A DNA stretch of 64,000 bases from Klebsormidium nitens (GCA_000708835.1 DF237324.1:9309-73308), one strand, 5' to 3'; positions 12,596-26,445 are shown, numbered from the stretch's first letter. A program made the numbers and translations. The notes: generated by a model not told the origin, from the sequence alone.

Positions 12596-15500
12596 ATGGC
12601 GCTAAGCTGGGCGTTGCCACGAGCAGGGCAGCGGGTGCGCACGCATGTCGCAGCCATCCTTTTGCTTTCGCTCCTTCACGCCCCAGGAGTGTTTGGTTTT
12701 CTGCAATTGGGTGGGCACGGTAAGTGGACTTGGACCTGATTCATTGGAAGACAGGTTGAGGTCGGATAAAGGACAGAGAATGGCCATGAGTATGCAGCAT
12801 TTAATTGGATGACAGATCAATTATGCAAGAAACATCTTGATCCGAGAACGTGCATCTCAGACTCCAAAAATCAACCTTGAACTGGTTTCTTGTTCAAGGG
12901 TGATTCTTGTGGCATACAGTCATTGGCAGGCGCTGGCTTGAGCCTTTCTGATCAGGTTCTGCCACGCTTGAAGTATGCTGCCTTGATGGATGTGGGTCTT
13001 CTAAGGGCCACTGACTCTTAGTGCTTGCCCCGTGCTCGCTCAGGTCAACGTCCATGTCAGGATGATCCGCAGTCGGTCTGATTTCCGGCTTGATAATGTT
13101 GGCTTGAAAAAGGTCATAATGGTCTCTCCACTCCGTACTAGTGTACTACTTAACCGCTGCAAGCTTGGCAGCATATGTATTTTAACTGGACTCGGGGGAG
13201 TTGTTGATGAAAGGAACCAAGTATGGGCAGATTCCATGTCCAGATCTTGGTGTCATGGGTCTTCGTTTTATGAGTCACTTTGTCTGCGGTCTTTCTTTTG
13301 GAAGCACTGGGCAGAATGCAGGTTGATGATCACAGCAAGAGGATTTGAGATGAGGGGACCCGCGCCCGGCAGGAATTTTGTCAGTACCAAGATCCGAAGC
13401 AAGGGGCAAGGCCTTGTTTCGCACCTCAAACATACAACAGCCCCGTCTCCTTCAAATCAGTGGGGCGGAGTCTGCGTCCGCAAACGAGATTCCCTATGCT
13501 GTTTCTCTCTTACTCCACAGGGACTTGTTCCTCTTGTCTCAAGACAACTTGTTACAAGACATCCATTCTTTTGTTTTTGCAGGATGCTTTCCCAACGAAT
13601 TCCAAGTGGCCCCCTGTGACCCAGCGGCCAACCCTCCTTTGTGCTGTGATGCAAACTCAGCCGACTGTGTTTTGGCGTCCACCCCTCCCTTTACGTCGTC
13701 GAGTCAGATTGCAGGCTCCAATGGAGTTTGCAGTAAGTTTGGGTGCCAGTGATGAATTTCTTCCTTGCATCCAAGACTTGTATCACTTGAGTTTGTTCTT
13801 TGCACTCAATGCTTTGCCAGACACTGGCCTTCGTTCCAAGCTGTTCTAGCTGGATCCAGAAGAAGGCAGATGAATGCTCTTAAGACGTCCTTGTTTTCGC
13901 GTTTAGAAAGGTCACCTGTCACTCACAATCTGTCTCTGATCAGCTTGCAAAGTTCAGTGACTGTTATTGACACCTGTGCAAAAGGAAAGCCTCTTTCATT
14001 ACAAACGCTCCCCCCTCTATATTCCAATCAGGGTCATCTTAAGATACATTCGACAATGCAAGGCACGGTTTTAGGTCTCTGCCATTGTTGTGTGCTCGCT
14101 GCCAGCTGGCATTCTTGGAGAAGGCTTAATGAAAGACTTGGTGTGCACTTCCTGCTAGCTGGTATGTTTCGAAAAGGCTTGACCCGATAGACGAAACAGT
14201 TCTATCTCCCGTTCTGCAGCCCGAGCTCCGGCAAATGAAGTGACTCTGCAGCTTGGAGAGCATGGTAAGCTGTAGCAGGGCGGTTCTGAATCGACACCCG
14301 GACTCTCTTTGAAGAAAAGCAAGCGCCATCAAATTGTGCCGTTCCACATAACGTTTCCACTCAAGGGCCCAGTCTTGACTGTCCTCAATCCCCCTTCTCT
14401 TTTGGAACTCCAAATGATGTATCCGACCACTTCTTGGAGAAAGGTCGAGTGTTGTTGCCAAAAACTCCGAACAGCACGTTGACTATCTGGCACAACTTTT
14501 CTGGGGGTCCGATTCTTAGTTACAAGAAGTGATGTCGATGGATCCGCTTTCAGAACCAGTCAGTACGTCTCATTCAAAAACGACATGCTAGTGAAGAGGT
14601 CATCTAGGACGCTGTCTTGAATACCGAAGAACAGCGAGTAAGACCGTGACGGGCTGACTGGATGGGACGCAAGCTAGCCCAAGGACACAAGTTGCTGTTG
14701 CCCTGCAAACACATGTTCTTCTTGCTTACGAACTAATTCCGATACCTGATTCTAGTTAGCTTGAACCATTTCAGTGATTTTGATCCCTCTTGTGTCGGCT
14801 CCCATTAACCTGATTCTACTTTACTGAGTCCGTCCGCATGCGCGCAGGCTGCTTTCCCAACGCGGAGCAGAGAGGCGTCTGCGATACGACTCCCACTGGA
14901 GTCAACCAGCTCTGCTGCAATGCAATCACGGCCGACTGTGACCACGGCACTCCCCGAAGCGCTAGCAACCCGGTTTGCGGTGAGCATCATGCCCCTAACC
15001 GCACTTTCTTTACTTCTTGAAGTTGGAGTGCCACGTGACAGCGCACGTCCTCTCTAGACGACCATCTACGGTGCTGAGACTCCGAAAATTTGATCCGGTC
15101 CGTCCAAAAAAGACTCTGACTATAAAGTGTGCATTTCTTATTATTTGATCTTGACGCCCACATTGAAAGTGCCAAAGAACTGCCGCATAATTTATGGACC
15201 CATCTCGAGCTTTTCTGCATGGAGGATCTGATAGTTGAGCCCCTGAGTTTCAGATGAAGACTCCCGTGACCACTTTTGCCACTTTTCTTACAATCCTTCT
15301 TGCCAGCGTCATGCGCGGTGCGTGCGCCTTTATGCCGCCCCATCCGATCAAGGTCTCGTTGAGCAAACGGCACTTGGTGAACCCAGCTTATTGAAGGGCG
15401 GACCGGACCTTTGTCTTTCTGGCCCCTCGACATTGTTTACTCATACTCGCTCGACGTGTTACATTTCTCCCAGTAAGAGTCACTGGAAAGTCATAAGGCT

Positions 15501-18267
15501 ATGTGTCTGTTTTCCCAGCTTCGGCAACTGGAACAGATGACCCTCACTACGAGCTGACCGGTGTGGAGCTCGAAGAAGGCCAGCGGTTCGTCTTCGATTT
15601 CCATGGGGAGGCCAACAAAACATTCTGCATGTTCTCAGACACCTCACTGCAGGTAGGTGGACAACAAAAATGGTTCGGAGGAGGGGTTTTTGTGGCTATT
15701 TCATGTAGTGGGAGCGAGAACTTTTGGAGCCCACGAGGCTCAGGATCGCGCTTTATTTTCTCGTGGGCGCGAGTATTCAGGAATCAGCATAGTTTTGTCC
15801 TGAGCGTTCGTGAAAGCTCGCTTTCGCCGCTCCCTATTTAAATTGAAATGATCCTGCAACGACTCTCCTAAGGTTCACTCGAAACCTTCATCTCATTAAA
15901 TTCTGAAAAGACAGAAGAGATTCACGTTCACAGAATTAACCGTGAGACAAGTCGCTCTCTCAAGTGATCTTGTTGCATGCCTAGTAACGCTCATCTGCGT
16001 GCACAGAAACTCATAGAACTAGGTAGGCGGTTCTCCCCGACCTGCTTTGTCACATTGAACCCGTCTGCACTTATCACATCGATTTGCTTGCAGATTAACG
16101 TACAAATGATCGGTCTTCCCTCCGGGACCAAAGTCCTCCAGCCTCGCTTCGAGGAAGTCGAGCTTTTTTTCGACACCACGCGAAACGGCACGTGGATGTC
16201 AGGATTTGGATTCCTGTACTTCAACAGGTCGGGGGAACAACAGAGCGTCACCGTAGAGCTGAATCCAGCGCTCGACCGCGAGGGGAAGTATCCCTTTGAG
16301 TTGACCTTCCAAGCAGAACCCATTCCTGTGAGTTGTTCTGGTTTTCTTCAATCCTAGTAATGCGGAAGCCCTTGGAGACAAGTTCGTGTGTCACATATTG
16401 CAACCCGGGCGTTCCTCACGTGCGGTTCAAAGCACAGCTCTCAAATTCTACAGGCCACGAGCAATTAGACGAAACCAAGCTGATTACAGCACATTCATTG
16501 TACAGAGAAATCGCATGCGTGCTTTCACGCCTACTTTGGACAGGAACAGAATCGGCAATCAGTCTATCCTTCAAGCCATCAGAAATCAGAGTCAGAAAGC
16601 CAGTCATGAAAATCATGCAGGCACGTCAAGTCCAGAAAGACTGGCGGGCGACAGCCCACCTTACAGAAAGGTAGAAACTTCGAAGTGTCTACCTTTTGGA
16701 TCCGTGGGACCAAAGTTTAAATCCAAGGCACCAGATTTCGGTGCCTCGAATTCTTATAAGTTTTGGTCGCAGAAGTAAACAATGGCGAAGGCTTGCCTCA
16801 CATTGTCACGCTGCCAAGTTCCGTCCGGGAGCTTTGGCAGGCCACAACCCACATCACAGAATCTCCTAATTTCAATGCCTCGTGTTCTGAATGATTTCGC
16901 CCGCGCGAAAGTTCATAATTTTATGATCTGCATCTTTGTTTCAGGACGTGAAATTGGACGCCCTGGACCACGCCCGACGTCGTGTCTTTGATGCTTCTGA
17001 CTGACGACAAAATNTGATCGTAAACNNNNNNNNNNNNNNNNNNNNNNNNNNNNNNNNNNNNNNNNNNNNNNNNNNNNNNNNNNNNNNNNNNNNNNGTTTC
17101 AGGACGTGAAATTGGCGCCCTGGACCAGCCCCGACGTCGTGCTTTTGATGCTTCTGACTGCGCAAAAATATGATCGAATACAATCTTTATTAAATTTTTA
17201 TTTTCATCTTGGTTCAGGACGTCAAATCCGCACCCTGGACAAGCCCCGACGGCCTGGCAGCGATCCGCCTCGTCAACGGAACCGTCAACAAGCTCCTCGT
17301 CACCATCTCCGACACCCTCGCGATCGAGATTGTTACAGAAGTTGAGAAGGAGCTGATTACGGACCCGGCCGTCCACTATCTCAACTTCGAACTCCAGAAC
17401 TTTGCCACCAGTGCAACGATTCACGGGGTGAGTAGATGATTAGGATGGGGACGTCGGTTTGGATTTAGGACTCAAAGTAAAAGAATAGTTTAATGAGCAG
17501 CTCATTTCTGATTTGGGGCCGTGCTCGAGTAATCCAGATCGCACCAAAGTGCCCGTTTACAAGGAGTTGGTTTCATCTTAACGGTGTTAAGTAAACCACT
17601 ACTGCGAGATGAGCGTTCAGCCTGCGGCTCTAGTCTGATTCAGTGAGCATCTTCGTGCTAAGCTTCTTTTTGGAAGTGGAAATATCAAATGAAAGTGAAG
17701 CAAACTGTTTATCTCAATCCCTCCGTCGGCTGGGCTTTTGTTAAATCGAACGTAGACGTTATGGACTTTTATGCAAAGGGGACAAATGAATACAGTGACT
17801 GAAGACATGGGTCTCTTTTTGAAGCACTTTCGCCGCTAAATAGTACACCCGATCCGTGCTCCAACGTAATATGGCCTAGCTTCAAAAAGAATCTGGTCAC
17901 CAGCCTTAGAAGGGTGGAACGAGTCAGGGGGATAGAACAAGAGGGCTCGGGTGCAGATCGCTAGTAGAAACGCTCTTAGCTGGCTGGGGGTTTTGGTTCC
18001 AAAGCACTCTCAGCCTCTTGTTTAAATCCCAAGGTCGGGATAACTTGATAAACAAGACAAAACAAGACATGTCTTTGTGTGCAGTTTCTCGGCCAAATGT
18101 TTGCCCCCGGCGCCATCCCGGAGCGCCTTGCAATGGGTACTCTTGAGGGCTTACGTCATCGTGAATACGTGGAGGGCAGAGACGAAGACTACGTCACGTC
18201 CAGCCTGGTGTCAGCGAATTGCGCTTTCAATCGTTTTGCCCAGGTATGCCCACCCGTCATCTTTTAA
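12596..18267 (+). CDS. Secreted protein: signal peptide, two 6-Cys modules, GDPH-like segment and plant root-cap (LEA-related) domain
   Basis: Phase-compatible exons 12596-12719 (VAAILLLSLLHAPGVFG), 13583-13732, 14848-14979, 15519-15652, 16094-16327, 17218-17427, 18085-18243 (then either read-through to TAA at 18267 or a further splice). Motifs DDPH...FDFHGEANKTFCMFSDTSLQINVQMIG, HYLNFEL...IHGFLGQ and YVTSSLVSANCAFNRF resemble the plant root-cap family (DPRF/GDPH..FHG..FC; VHGVLGQ; TSSL...C..RF). Confidence 0.8.
16931..17254 (+). repeat. Tandem ~115-bp copies of the acceptor + exon start of root-cap gene exon 17218
   Basis: tttcag|gacgtgaaattgg..ccctggacca..cccgacg with AG ending at 16944 and 17102, preceding functional ttcag|gacgtcaaatccgcaccctggacaagccccgacg (AG ending 17217). 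N gap 17026-17095 lies within the array. Confidence 0.9.
17026..17095. other. Assembly gap (N run) inside the tandem repeat
   Basis: Run of N directly visible. Confidence 1.
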
Positions 18268-20583
18268 AACCTTGCCTCAGCTCTCTGCCGACTCCTGTGT
18301 TATTATTAATCTGACCATGTGATGGAAGGATATGTTTTGTGACTTTCCCCCAAGTCCTGTCTTTGATCACCGCCTACGTGGGACGTCGAGTGGTCAGACT
18401 ATAGACAGTTTTTCAAGCTCAAGACCCGCGCTTTCAAATCCTCTTCTCTTGACAAGTGCGGCTTGATACTGTGCGACTACGAAGAGCAGGCCTAATGAGA
18501 TTTCCGGTCTCCTATACATGTACGTTTGTAAGGTTTTGAGAACGGTGAGGTCAACTGTACAGGAGCAGTGGGAAGCTGTCGAACACATGACAGGATATGT
18601 TTGGCCATCCGTCCAAGCACAAATGAATCGTCACGGAATTTGTTTGGATGCAGACGTCGGAAGAGTATCTGGAGGAAGCTGCGGGCGTCAATGTGGAAGG
18701 CCGACCGTCATCTGAGCCGATCGACGAACAACATCTCCTCGGGCACAGCCTTACGGAGTTCCACTATCTGCGAGGGACTCTGCAGGACTAGTAGATCTCA
18801 GCTCCAGAGTGCCCTTACTTGGTCTAATAGCGTCCTGAATACAAGAGAGGTGATCCAGGCATGGTAAACTAACTTGTTGTTGTAAAGACGATCTTCCGCA
18901 AGGAGCGAATCTGGTTAACATGTGCTCTTGCGTTCATTGACTAAAGAATTCTGGGAGCTTGTTTTGTAAACTAATTATACTTTAGCTACATCGTAAGCAG
19001 AGGTGTCCACTAGCAAGAGGTCGCCTCTATCATACGCTTTACTGGCTTTCGTCCTTCGACAGGTTTGCAACTTACCTTACGGCTTTAGTAAAAGTATATT
19101 TCTGTGTCATCAGTACATTTCACTCTGAATCCAACATGAAACGACGGGATCTGAAGCTGTGTGAACGAACATTGACAAGCACTACGACGGGCACGATGAA
19201 AGTATGCAGCCATAAACGAGTGAGCGAGCACTCGTGCAACGGAGCAATAAAGCCGCTAGTCAGTTCCAGGCCGGAAATGAAACATGCCTTGTGAAGAGTG
19301 GTAATTGCTCTGACAGCTGCATTGGCGCAATGATCGACCCGCGGTTTAGCGTGACGTCACGCGAGTCTTTATTGATAGAGGGCTGCATCATACCGACCGT
19401 CATACCAGATCACTAAAAATGCATTGTGAGAATGGGCGGCCTTCGCCTAAGCTGTATGAGTATCATCATGCATGGCATGTAATTTCCGACACTTGCGTCT
19501 ATTGCGTCTGAAACCTACGCCAGAAAGGGCACTGCGGTACTCGAGACACTTTAGCTGCCAGTGGTCAAAGTCTCAAGGCGGATCGAGCGCAAATCTGAAC
19601 TCAGCAAGCATTTGGTCTAGTCAGCTTACCAAAGTTTTTTGCTGGGCCCTGCTAACCTCAAACGACGAACCGCCCTCACCTATCGCCCCTATCCTGAAGT
19701 TGAGTGTCTTGCAAAAGGAACACGGTTTGTACGACCGCTGACTTAATCTACTCTGAAAAGTCCGTTCTTGGCGCAACTTCTCGATCGTTGCGCTGTTGAT
19801 CCATGGGGCGTGGATCCTTCAGTCAGCACCGCCCGTCTCTAGAAAGCCCACCAGCATTGCCGTCACACACGCTCTCCTGGCAAAGGGCACGGCCCATCAA
19901 TCTTTCACCTTCAACAAGCTAACGTCATCCAGTACGTCAGCAGACGACGCCCCGAGGTGCGGCCCGGCAATCTGCTAACCTGGCGGTTTCCCCTTTCCGG
20001 GCGCTGGCGCAATGTGCGTCACCTAGCGATGCTCGGCCCTCCGCTGACGTCATTGCTTGGACGCCCGCGCGCGCGCACTTTGGGCCATCTCCGCCCCGGC
20101 AGTCAATCCTCGCTTCTTGCGCAGCGAGCGCCTTACGTCGGGTGCGGGCCGGGATCCCGGACAGATGCCGACGTCAGCAACGCCCTCCTACCCGCCTCTC
20201 TTTTGTCATGTTCACTTGTCAGACCTCCCCTTTGTCCCGGTCTCCTGGGCACTTCGCTTTTCGATGGCCAGCAGGCGCTCCTGCGGCTCGGCTGGATACC
20301 CACTCTTTAACTCCTCCTACTGAAGCTTGCTCTGTTCCACCTGTCGTATTCACCCCCGTTACATTTGGACCGTCTGACTGACCCACGTTTACCTACAAAA
20401 GATAGTCACGCTTCTCACACTCTCGTGTTATCATAGGCAGCAGACCACTCTCAGTACTCAGAGTACTCCAACCTATCCAATAGAAATCTTAGAAAAGAAT
20501 ACGTCTCAACCACCCGTTCAGTCCCCTGACCTCGACCGGTCAAGAGCCCACAGCCCTCTACCTCCTTCCAGTCATGCGAGCCC

Positions 20584-22234
20584 TCAATCTCTGCCGAGAA
20601 GAGGAAACACATCTGAGCCACTTTGCCCCACGCTTTTTTGTGCTGCTTTCAAGTCGTTCCAGAGTTCGCATAACGCCTTCAGCAGGGTCTTGTTCCGCAG
20701 ACCAGTGAGGTTGAGCGACCCGTAAACCTCAGTCCAATGCGCATCTCGCACTCTTTCGATGAAGCTTTCCATGGTTGTCTGCAAGACGGTTTCCGCTCCT
20801 GACGGCCAAACCCCCTGAAGAAAGCGCTGGAGGATCCGAGGCGGCCCAACTAGCGTCTTTGCATACTTCCCTAAATCGGCTCCAGACTCGACCTGGCCTT
20901 CAAGATACGCTCGAAGCACCGACTCAACTTGCTCACTCGACGGGAGAGTCAGCTTTGCAATCGGAAAAAGAAGCGCCGATTCGTGAAGGACGAGGCGGTG
21001 TGAAAACTCTTTGAGAGTAAGCGCGAAGGCAACACGAAGCTGCGGGTTGAGCTTGCAAGTTTCCGTAACGGCGGCGCTAAGGAGAGTGGACACGTAAGCA
21101 GCCCAGTGACCCTTGACCGCCACGTCATTAAGATCGACGGCTGGGGTGCGCCACGTGGAGCCCAGGAACTCGAGATTATCGAGCAGCAGGACGACCCGCG
21201 CGTGCACGGGCAGGTCTAACGGGAGAGGTTCCGACACGGGCGAAAATCTGTAGTAGTCCGTCTTGTCATTGAGCTTGAACACCGCCTGAGAAGGACTCTG
21301 CAATCCAAGAGAGACGTCAGACATCTGCATGATTTGCAACGACAAAGTCGGCCGTCTTTCAGTCTGCAAAAAAGGAAAGATTTCCAAAGAAACGAAGTTC
21401 TGATTGTCCCTTCAATCTGGATCCTATCTTGACACCGACACTTGTTGAATTGAATTCCCGGGGATCAAACACAGCAGCAAGTCGACAGAGAATTGCCGCC
21501 TCTTTATCAGAGCATCACCAAGTTTTGCCTCTTGTCAGAGGCCTATATGGATTAGTAGTCCTGGATCGTTAAAATCGCACCGCACTCATTGACACGACGC
21601 GCCGTCTTTCCAGGTATCAGAACCGGGTCGTGTTCCTTAATAAGCTGAAGACAGTAAAATCGGCATACGGAAACCAAGACTGAAGGTCCCAGAATCTGGC
21701 GCCAGCGAAGTGATTTACCTTGTTTATGACCGCAGCAACGTTGGTCATCAGTGTCCAAACCTTCGTTTTGACCACCGCCTCGAGCTCTTCCAGGAGTGCG
21801 CGGACCGAAACATGCTCCGCCTTTTCCAGGGCCAACCGCGTCGTCCTCAAACTTTCCGCCCTCATCCTGTCCAAAAACCCGTTCGCAACTCCCGGAACAC
21901 TGATAAATATCGCTCCCGTCTCTTTTGCCGCCCTTTCTACAACGCTCGTCTTTCCCCAACCCGTCATACTAGCCAAGCACACGATCCTTCCCTGCCCATC
22001 AGGTCCTATCCAACGCTTTAGGTCATCCAATGTCTGCGACCCCCAGTGTTTCTCTGGGGGGATCCCCCCGTTGAAGTAGGGCAGATCTGCGGGGATCGGC
22101 TTGTGATGGGCTTTTTGGAGCTCGGTTGAGCTGGCGGCAGATTGGGTAGACTGGCTGTCAACACGGGCCCGCTTGATGCGGCCTGCGCATGTGGCGAATT
22201 TGGTCTGATCAAGGAGGACCACATCAGTTATAGA
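20584..22234 (-). CDS. P-loop NTPase-like protein of unclear family (5' exons and true 3' end uncertain)
   Basis: Exon ~22234-21719 contains Walker A-like 'LASMTGWGKT'; exon 21363-20584 contains Walker B-like 'RVVLLLDNLEFL'; phase-0 GT-AG join is possible. Confidence 0.55.
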
Positions 22235-23569
22235 CTAGATCCGCCACAGATCGAAACGAGAAAGGCAACGATCAGAATTCTACTACTGATCGCCATTGGT
22301 AAGTTGTCCCTGTTCACACAGGAAGGACCAAACCTGCTTAACGGTTATTTGATCAATTCTTAACCAGTCCTGCTTTGGGCAGAAGGTCGTGAAAGCGCAT
22401 TCTTACCAAGGCTCGGCTGGGCGTTGTTTTGCCCTCATGTGATACTGTCAATCTTGTTGTCCTTAAATATTTTCGGTCAACCATCGGCCCGACCTACAGA
22501 AGAACGCTATTTGCGTACGAACCCTCAAAGCGAGACCCTCTGACTCTCCTGGAGGTAGTTGTGTCCAACAGCGAAAAGGCGGTTGCCAGTTAACAGCCCA
22601 CTGTAAGCGGCTGAAAGCCGACATCTCACAGTAAAATTCGAAGTAAACTACTGCATGATCTCGGGTGTATGAAGATTGCGGAAACCTTTGAACAAACGCA
22701 ATCCCGTACACGAAGTCTGCTTTTTGGACCATTGAAGTGCTTACCCCGTTCCGCCGTCTCATATTCCTCTTGACAACGGGGCCCCGGATCCATGTCTATC
22801 AGGTGTACTGTCGGGGGACCGCAACGCCGATTCCGTCAGAAGGACTTCTGCGGCAGGTGAGGTGTTTCGCGTACAAGAAAGCAACAAGAGAGTAATCCTC
22901 GCGCTCCACAAAGAGTGGTGGCCGCTGTGTTGAAAAGGAGGTGCAGCCTACAGGGAAAGTGGGTGGCGGCTTCCTAAGGAAGTCTCCGGAAAAAAGATGC
23001 TAGCAGGGCGTCCTCTTCAACCTTCTCCTGGATGAAAGCAATTATCGCCGAGGATCGCCAGCTAGCTGATCGACGTACGGCAGACGCGGCCGGCCCCCTA
23101 GCTGGAGTTTCAAGTTTGCTCGGGTCCATGCACCGGCCGGGCAAAGCCCCAGCCGCGGCCGCGCGCGCTCGCCGGGTTTTAGTGCTCTCACGGTCTGTTT
23201 AGTTAAGTCCTAACCCAGTGCCGCTTCGTCAACAACCGGCACAAAACCCGGCAGGCCCAAGTTTAATACACTCAATATATGCCTTGCTTGGAGCTTTGCC
23301 TGAGCACTAGTCATCAGCGTATGCCAGAACCGGCACAAGCAGGGTCACAGCAGGGTCACAGTGACCAATGGAATACTCAGCTGAGTAACCGTGCCTACCC
23401 TGTTTGCTGCGCAGCTTGCTGCACTGCCTGCTGCAATCCTGCACTGCTGGGCCCTTCCTGCTTTTCAAAATCCGGTTCGATTCCACAGAGCTTCTCCCTA
23501 GATCCCCAAAGGTCAGTACTTAGGAAGCCCGCACAGAGGCCTTTTTCTAGCTGCCTCCTGTTTCTGACC

Positions 23570-26445
23570 ATGAGCTGCATCGCTGCTGTGCGGAGGGCAG
23601 CGGCCGCTCCGCTGGAAGGCCATCTCGCAGCCCTGCCAGCCTTGTTTCAGCAGCATGCAGCAGATCAGGTGCGCACTTTTGCTACTGGTGAAGCTAATTC
23701 TGATTCGCAGCCAATCCCGAAACCGCGGAGGGGTTCTCTGGCCGATGTGGCAGACCGGCCCCCACCTCCGGAAGCAAGTGAGAAATTGTCTTGTTCTTTG
23801 ATAGAGTTTCTTGCATTTCTTTGCTCTGCCGGGGGATGTCTGCATGCACTTCTGTGGAGGCAGCATTGCCTGCGGATGCAAATGCAGGGTTTGAGCGGCG
23901 TGAAGGAGGAGGTCGCATGACTCCCAACTTCCCCTCGGTGATGAGACGTGCACAAACCCTGAAGGATTAGTCACTGCTGAGGAACGCGCAGGAGGGCACC
24001 TTTTGACAGCGATCGTCCGAAATGTACAATCACCTTCTCCTGATTGTGCGGCACCTTGCCCCCTCGCCCCCTCGCATTGACTATACTATTCGTATGACAT
24101 CCATATAATCCGTGTGACCAGACGACATCAAATCAAGACCCACCAGCTTTTGGCATACTTTCCTACCTTTGACTGTCGTCTTGACACCCTTGTGACCTTT
24201 CTTTGATCCCACGGGCAATCAAGTATTCTCTCCCGCACATCCTCCCTTCACATATTGAAAATCTAATCACGCCCTGCTATTCTTCCTGCTTTTTGCAGAG
24301 CCTGTGATCGAACCTGGTATGGACCCCAGTGACTGGGACCCCAGCGACCCTAAGTATCAGCGGCTTACGAAGCAGCTAGTGTGGGCCGTCAAGACACGCC
24401 CTGCCCCAGAGGCCACAGAATCGGTGAGTCTTTCTATGCTTCACTGTGTCCGACTTCCAAAGTTCAACACCTGGTATGAAAAGGGGCCTTGGATCGAGCG
24501 GACTCCAACTGCTGCCACCGCGCAGTTTGAGAGCAACTCATGGATGCCGGACGTGTTTTGTTGAGTGCACTTCTGGTCAAGTTACAAATGGGAAGATTAA
24601 TCAATTGGTTGAGTTTGGCTGGATGCCGGCCAGAATCATGATTGGGAAACCAAATAACGCATTTCGGCAGTTGTGAGTTGCAAAGAACTGCCAGCTGGAG
24701 CTAACCTAGGGCGTCTGACATGTCCTTCCGCTGATCACAGCTAAGACAAGACGAGCAAAGAAAGATTGGCAGATCTGGCCAGCTTGATGCGGTTTGAATG
24801 GGTGCGGTGGCCGTTGCTGGTTGCCGATTGAAGCACTTTCTAAATTGATGGTATCAGAAGACATCACTCCGTTCGGCTTTCTCGTTCGTTGTTGATGTAA
24901 GCGGTTCAAACTTGGTGGATAAGCACCCAGCCAAAGAGTACAAGGTGTGACGGCTTTCAGTGGCGCTACTATTCTGTGAGTTGGAGTATCCCTGGACGAG
25001 GACCACCAGCCAACCTAGTTTTCACAACGAGCCTAGCCCCCAGGACAACCGACAATGGGATCCGTTAGCCGTGCCGCTTCTGTAAATGGTATTACATTGG
25101 AAACGGAAGAACCCCATGCTAAAAGTAGCAGAGTGTTCTTTCCTTCCACAGAGCGCACGAGTCCTCTGAAGGCTTTTGTTTCTTATCGAAGTCTTCGTCA
25201 AATGTGACATCGGCAGCGCTAACCCCTCTCTACGCTATCATAGCGTTTGAAATAGGTTCTGACCATACCCTGACCGCTCATTATGACAGAGCAGCCACGG
25301 CTTCAGAATAAGCACAATCGGCGTAATTATTTTGTTCAGACCAATGTGCACGAGCCCACAAAAGCCTTGCCTGCGGACCGGCACACCGACGCCCGCAGCG
25401 GGAATGTGTACGAGGAAGACGTCAAAGTGGGCGCAGGGCGGTTGAATGTCCTGCATCTGAAGGAGATCTATCTGAAGCGCTTCGAAGCGAGGAGCCAAGG
25501 CAACACGCTCGAGGCCGGGGAGCTGGCGAAAGAGTACGGCATCGATCCGGGTTTATTAGAAAAGGTACGTTGTGATCTTCTTTGTGTAAGGGAGGAGGCT
25601 TTGGTACTGATGCTTCGGGGCAGTGAAGAGCGCTCTTTGACCTCCTTGCTTGTCAGAATTGATGACCGGTATGCTTGACTTTTGAAGCGGATTGCCCGTT
25701 TTGTCGAAGGCCCGTCTGGGCTCTGTCTGGGGGCTTCCTTGAGAGACGAGGGCTCGAGACGAGTCGGCAATGCTAACACTCTATGAGGCTACGTGTACAT
25801 TTCCCGGCAAGAATTGTCGTTTTCCTTTTCCAAAACGACGAGTTCCATTTATCAGGGGGATCACGTCCAACTCGCAACGTGAAGCGCTCAATATACCCTC
25901 CCTTGGTCGTGAAGGATTCAAGGCGGTGCCTGGTTCTCAATCCAGCAGTCCGTTCAGTGTCGTAAGTATGTTTCGACAAGATTCAAGGGTAAACCCAAGC
26001 TTGGATCAAGATCCTCGTCAGTATTCGTCGAAGTTTTGATGTCCCCATCAAAAGACAGCCTTGGCTGATCTCTCCTTTTCCGCTCAACCCGGTTCGAGGA
26101 CGTCCCAAGCTCAGCGGAGTCCTAAATTGCTACTCAAAAGCCCACGTCCACTCTTCCGAGCGTTGGCAGTTTCCTTAGCAAGTAGTGCCCCGGCAGTAGT
26201 GTGGTTTTCTATACCACGCGGGAGGTTCAAATTGTTCCTTTCTATCAGTGTTGGGTGTTCACGACTTGCAATCCACCATTAAAACTCCAAACGGCATAGC
26301 TCTCATTTTTCGGAGCTGTGCTATTTTCCAGGTTTTCAAGTATACGGAGCTACCCATCGCCCGACAAGATAGACGAGGCAGGACCGTTGGGCTGAGCCAC
26401 GAAGAAGCTCTGCAGCTTGCAAAAGAAGAAAGCTCGATGTCTTAG
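23570..26445 (+). CDS. Putative mitochondrial protein, possibly NDUFAF4-like complex I assembly factor (4 exons)
   Basis: Exons 23570-23777, 24299-24423, 25295-25564, 26332-26445, phase-compatible. Presequence-like N-terminus (MSCIAAVRRAAAA...VRTFATG); C-terminal GRLNVLHLKEI...ELAKEYGIDPGLLEKVFKYTELP resembles, from memory, the plant NDUFAF4-like family. Function is tentative. Confidence 0.6.

Noticed and set aside
18394-18867. ORFs downstream of the root-cap gene as extra exons
   Set aside because: No motif or clear acceptor; the 3' end of that gene is left unresolved.
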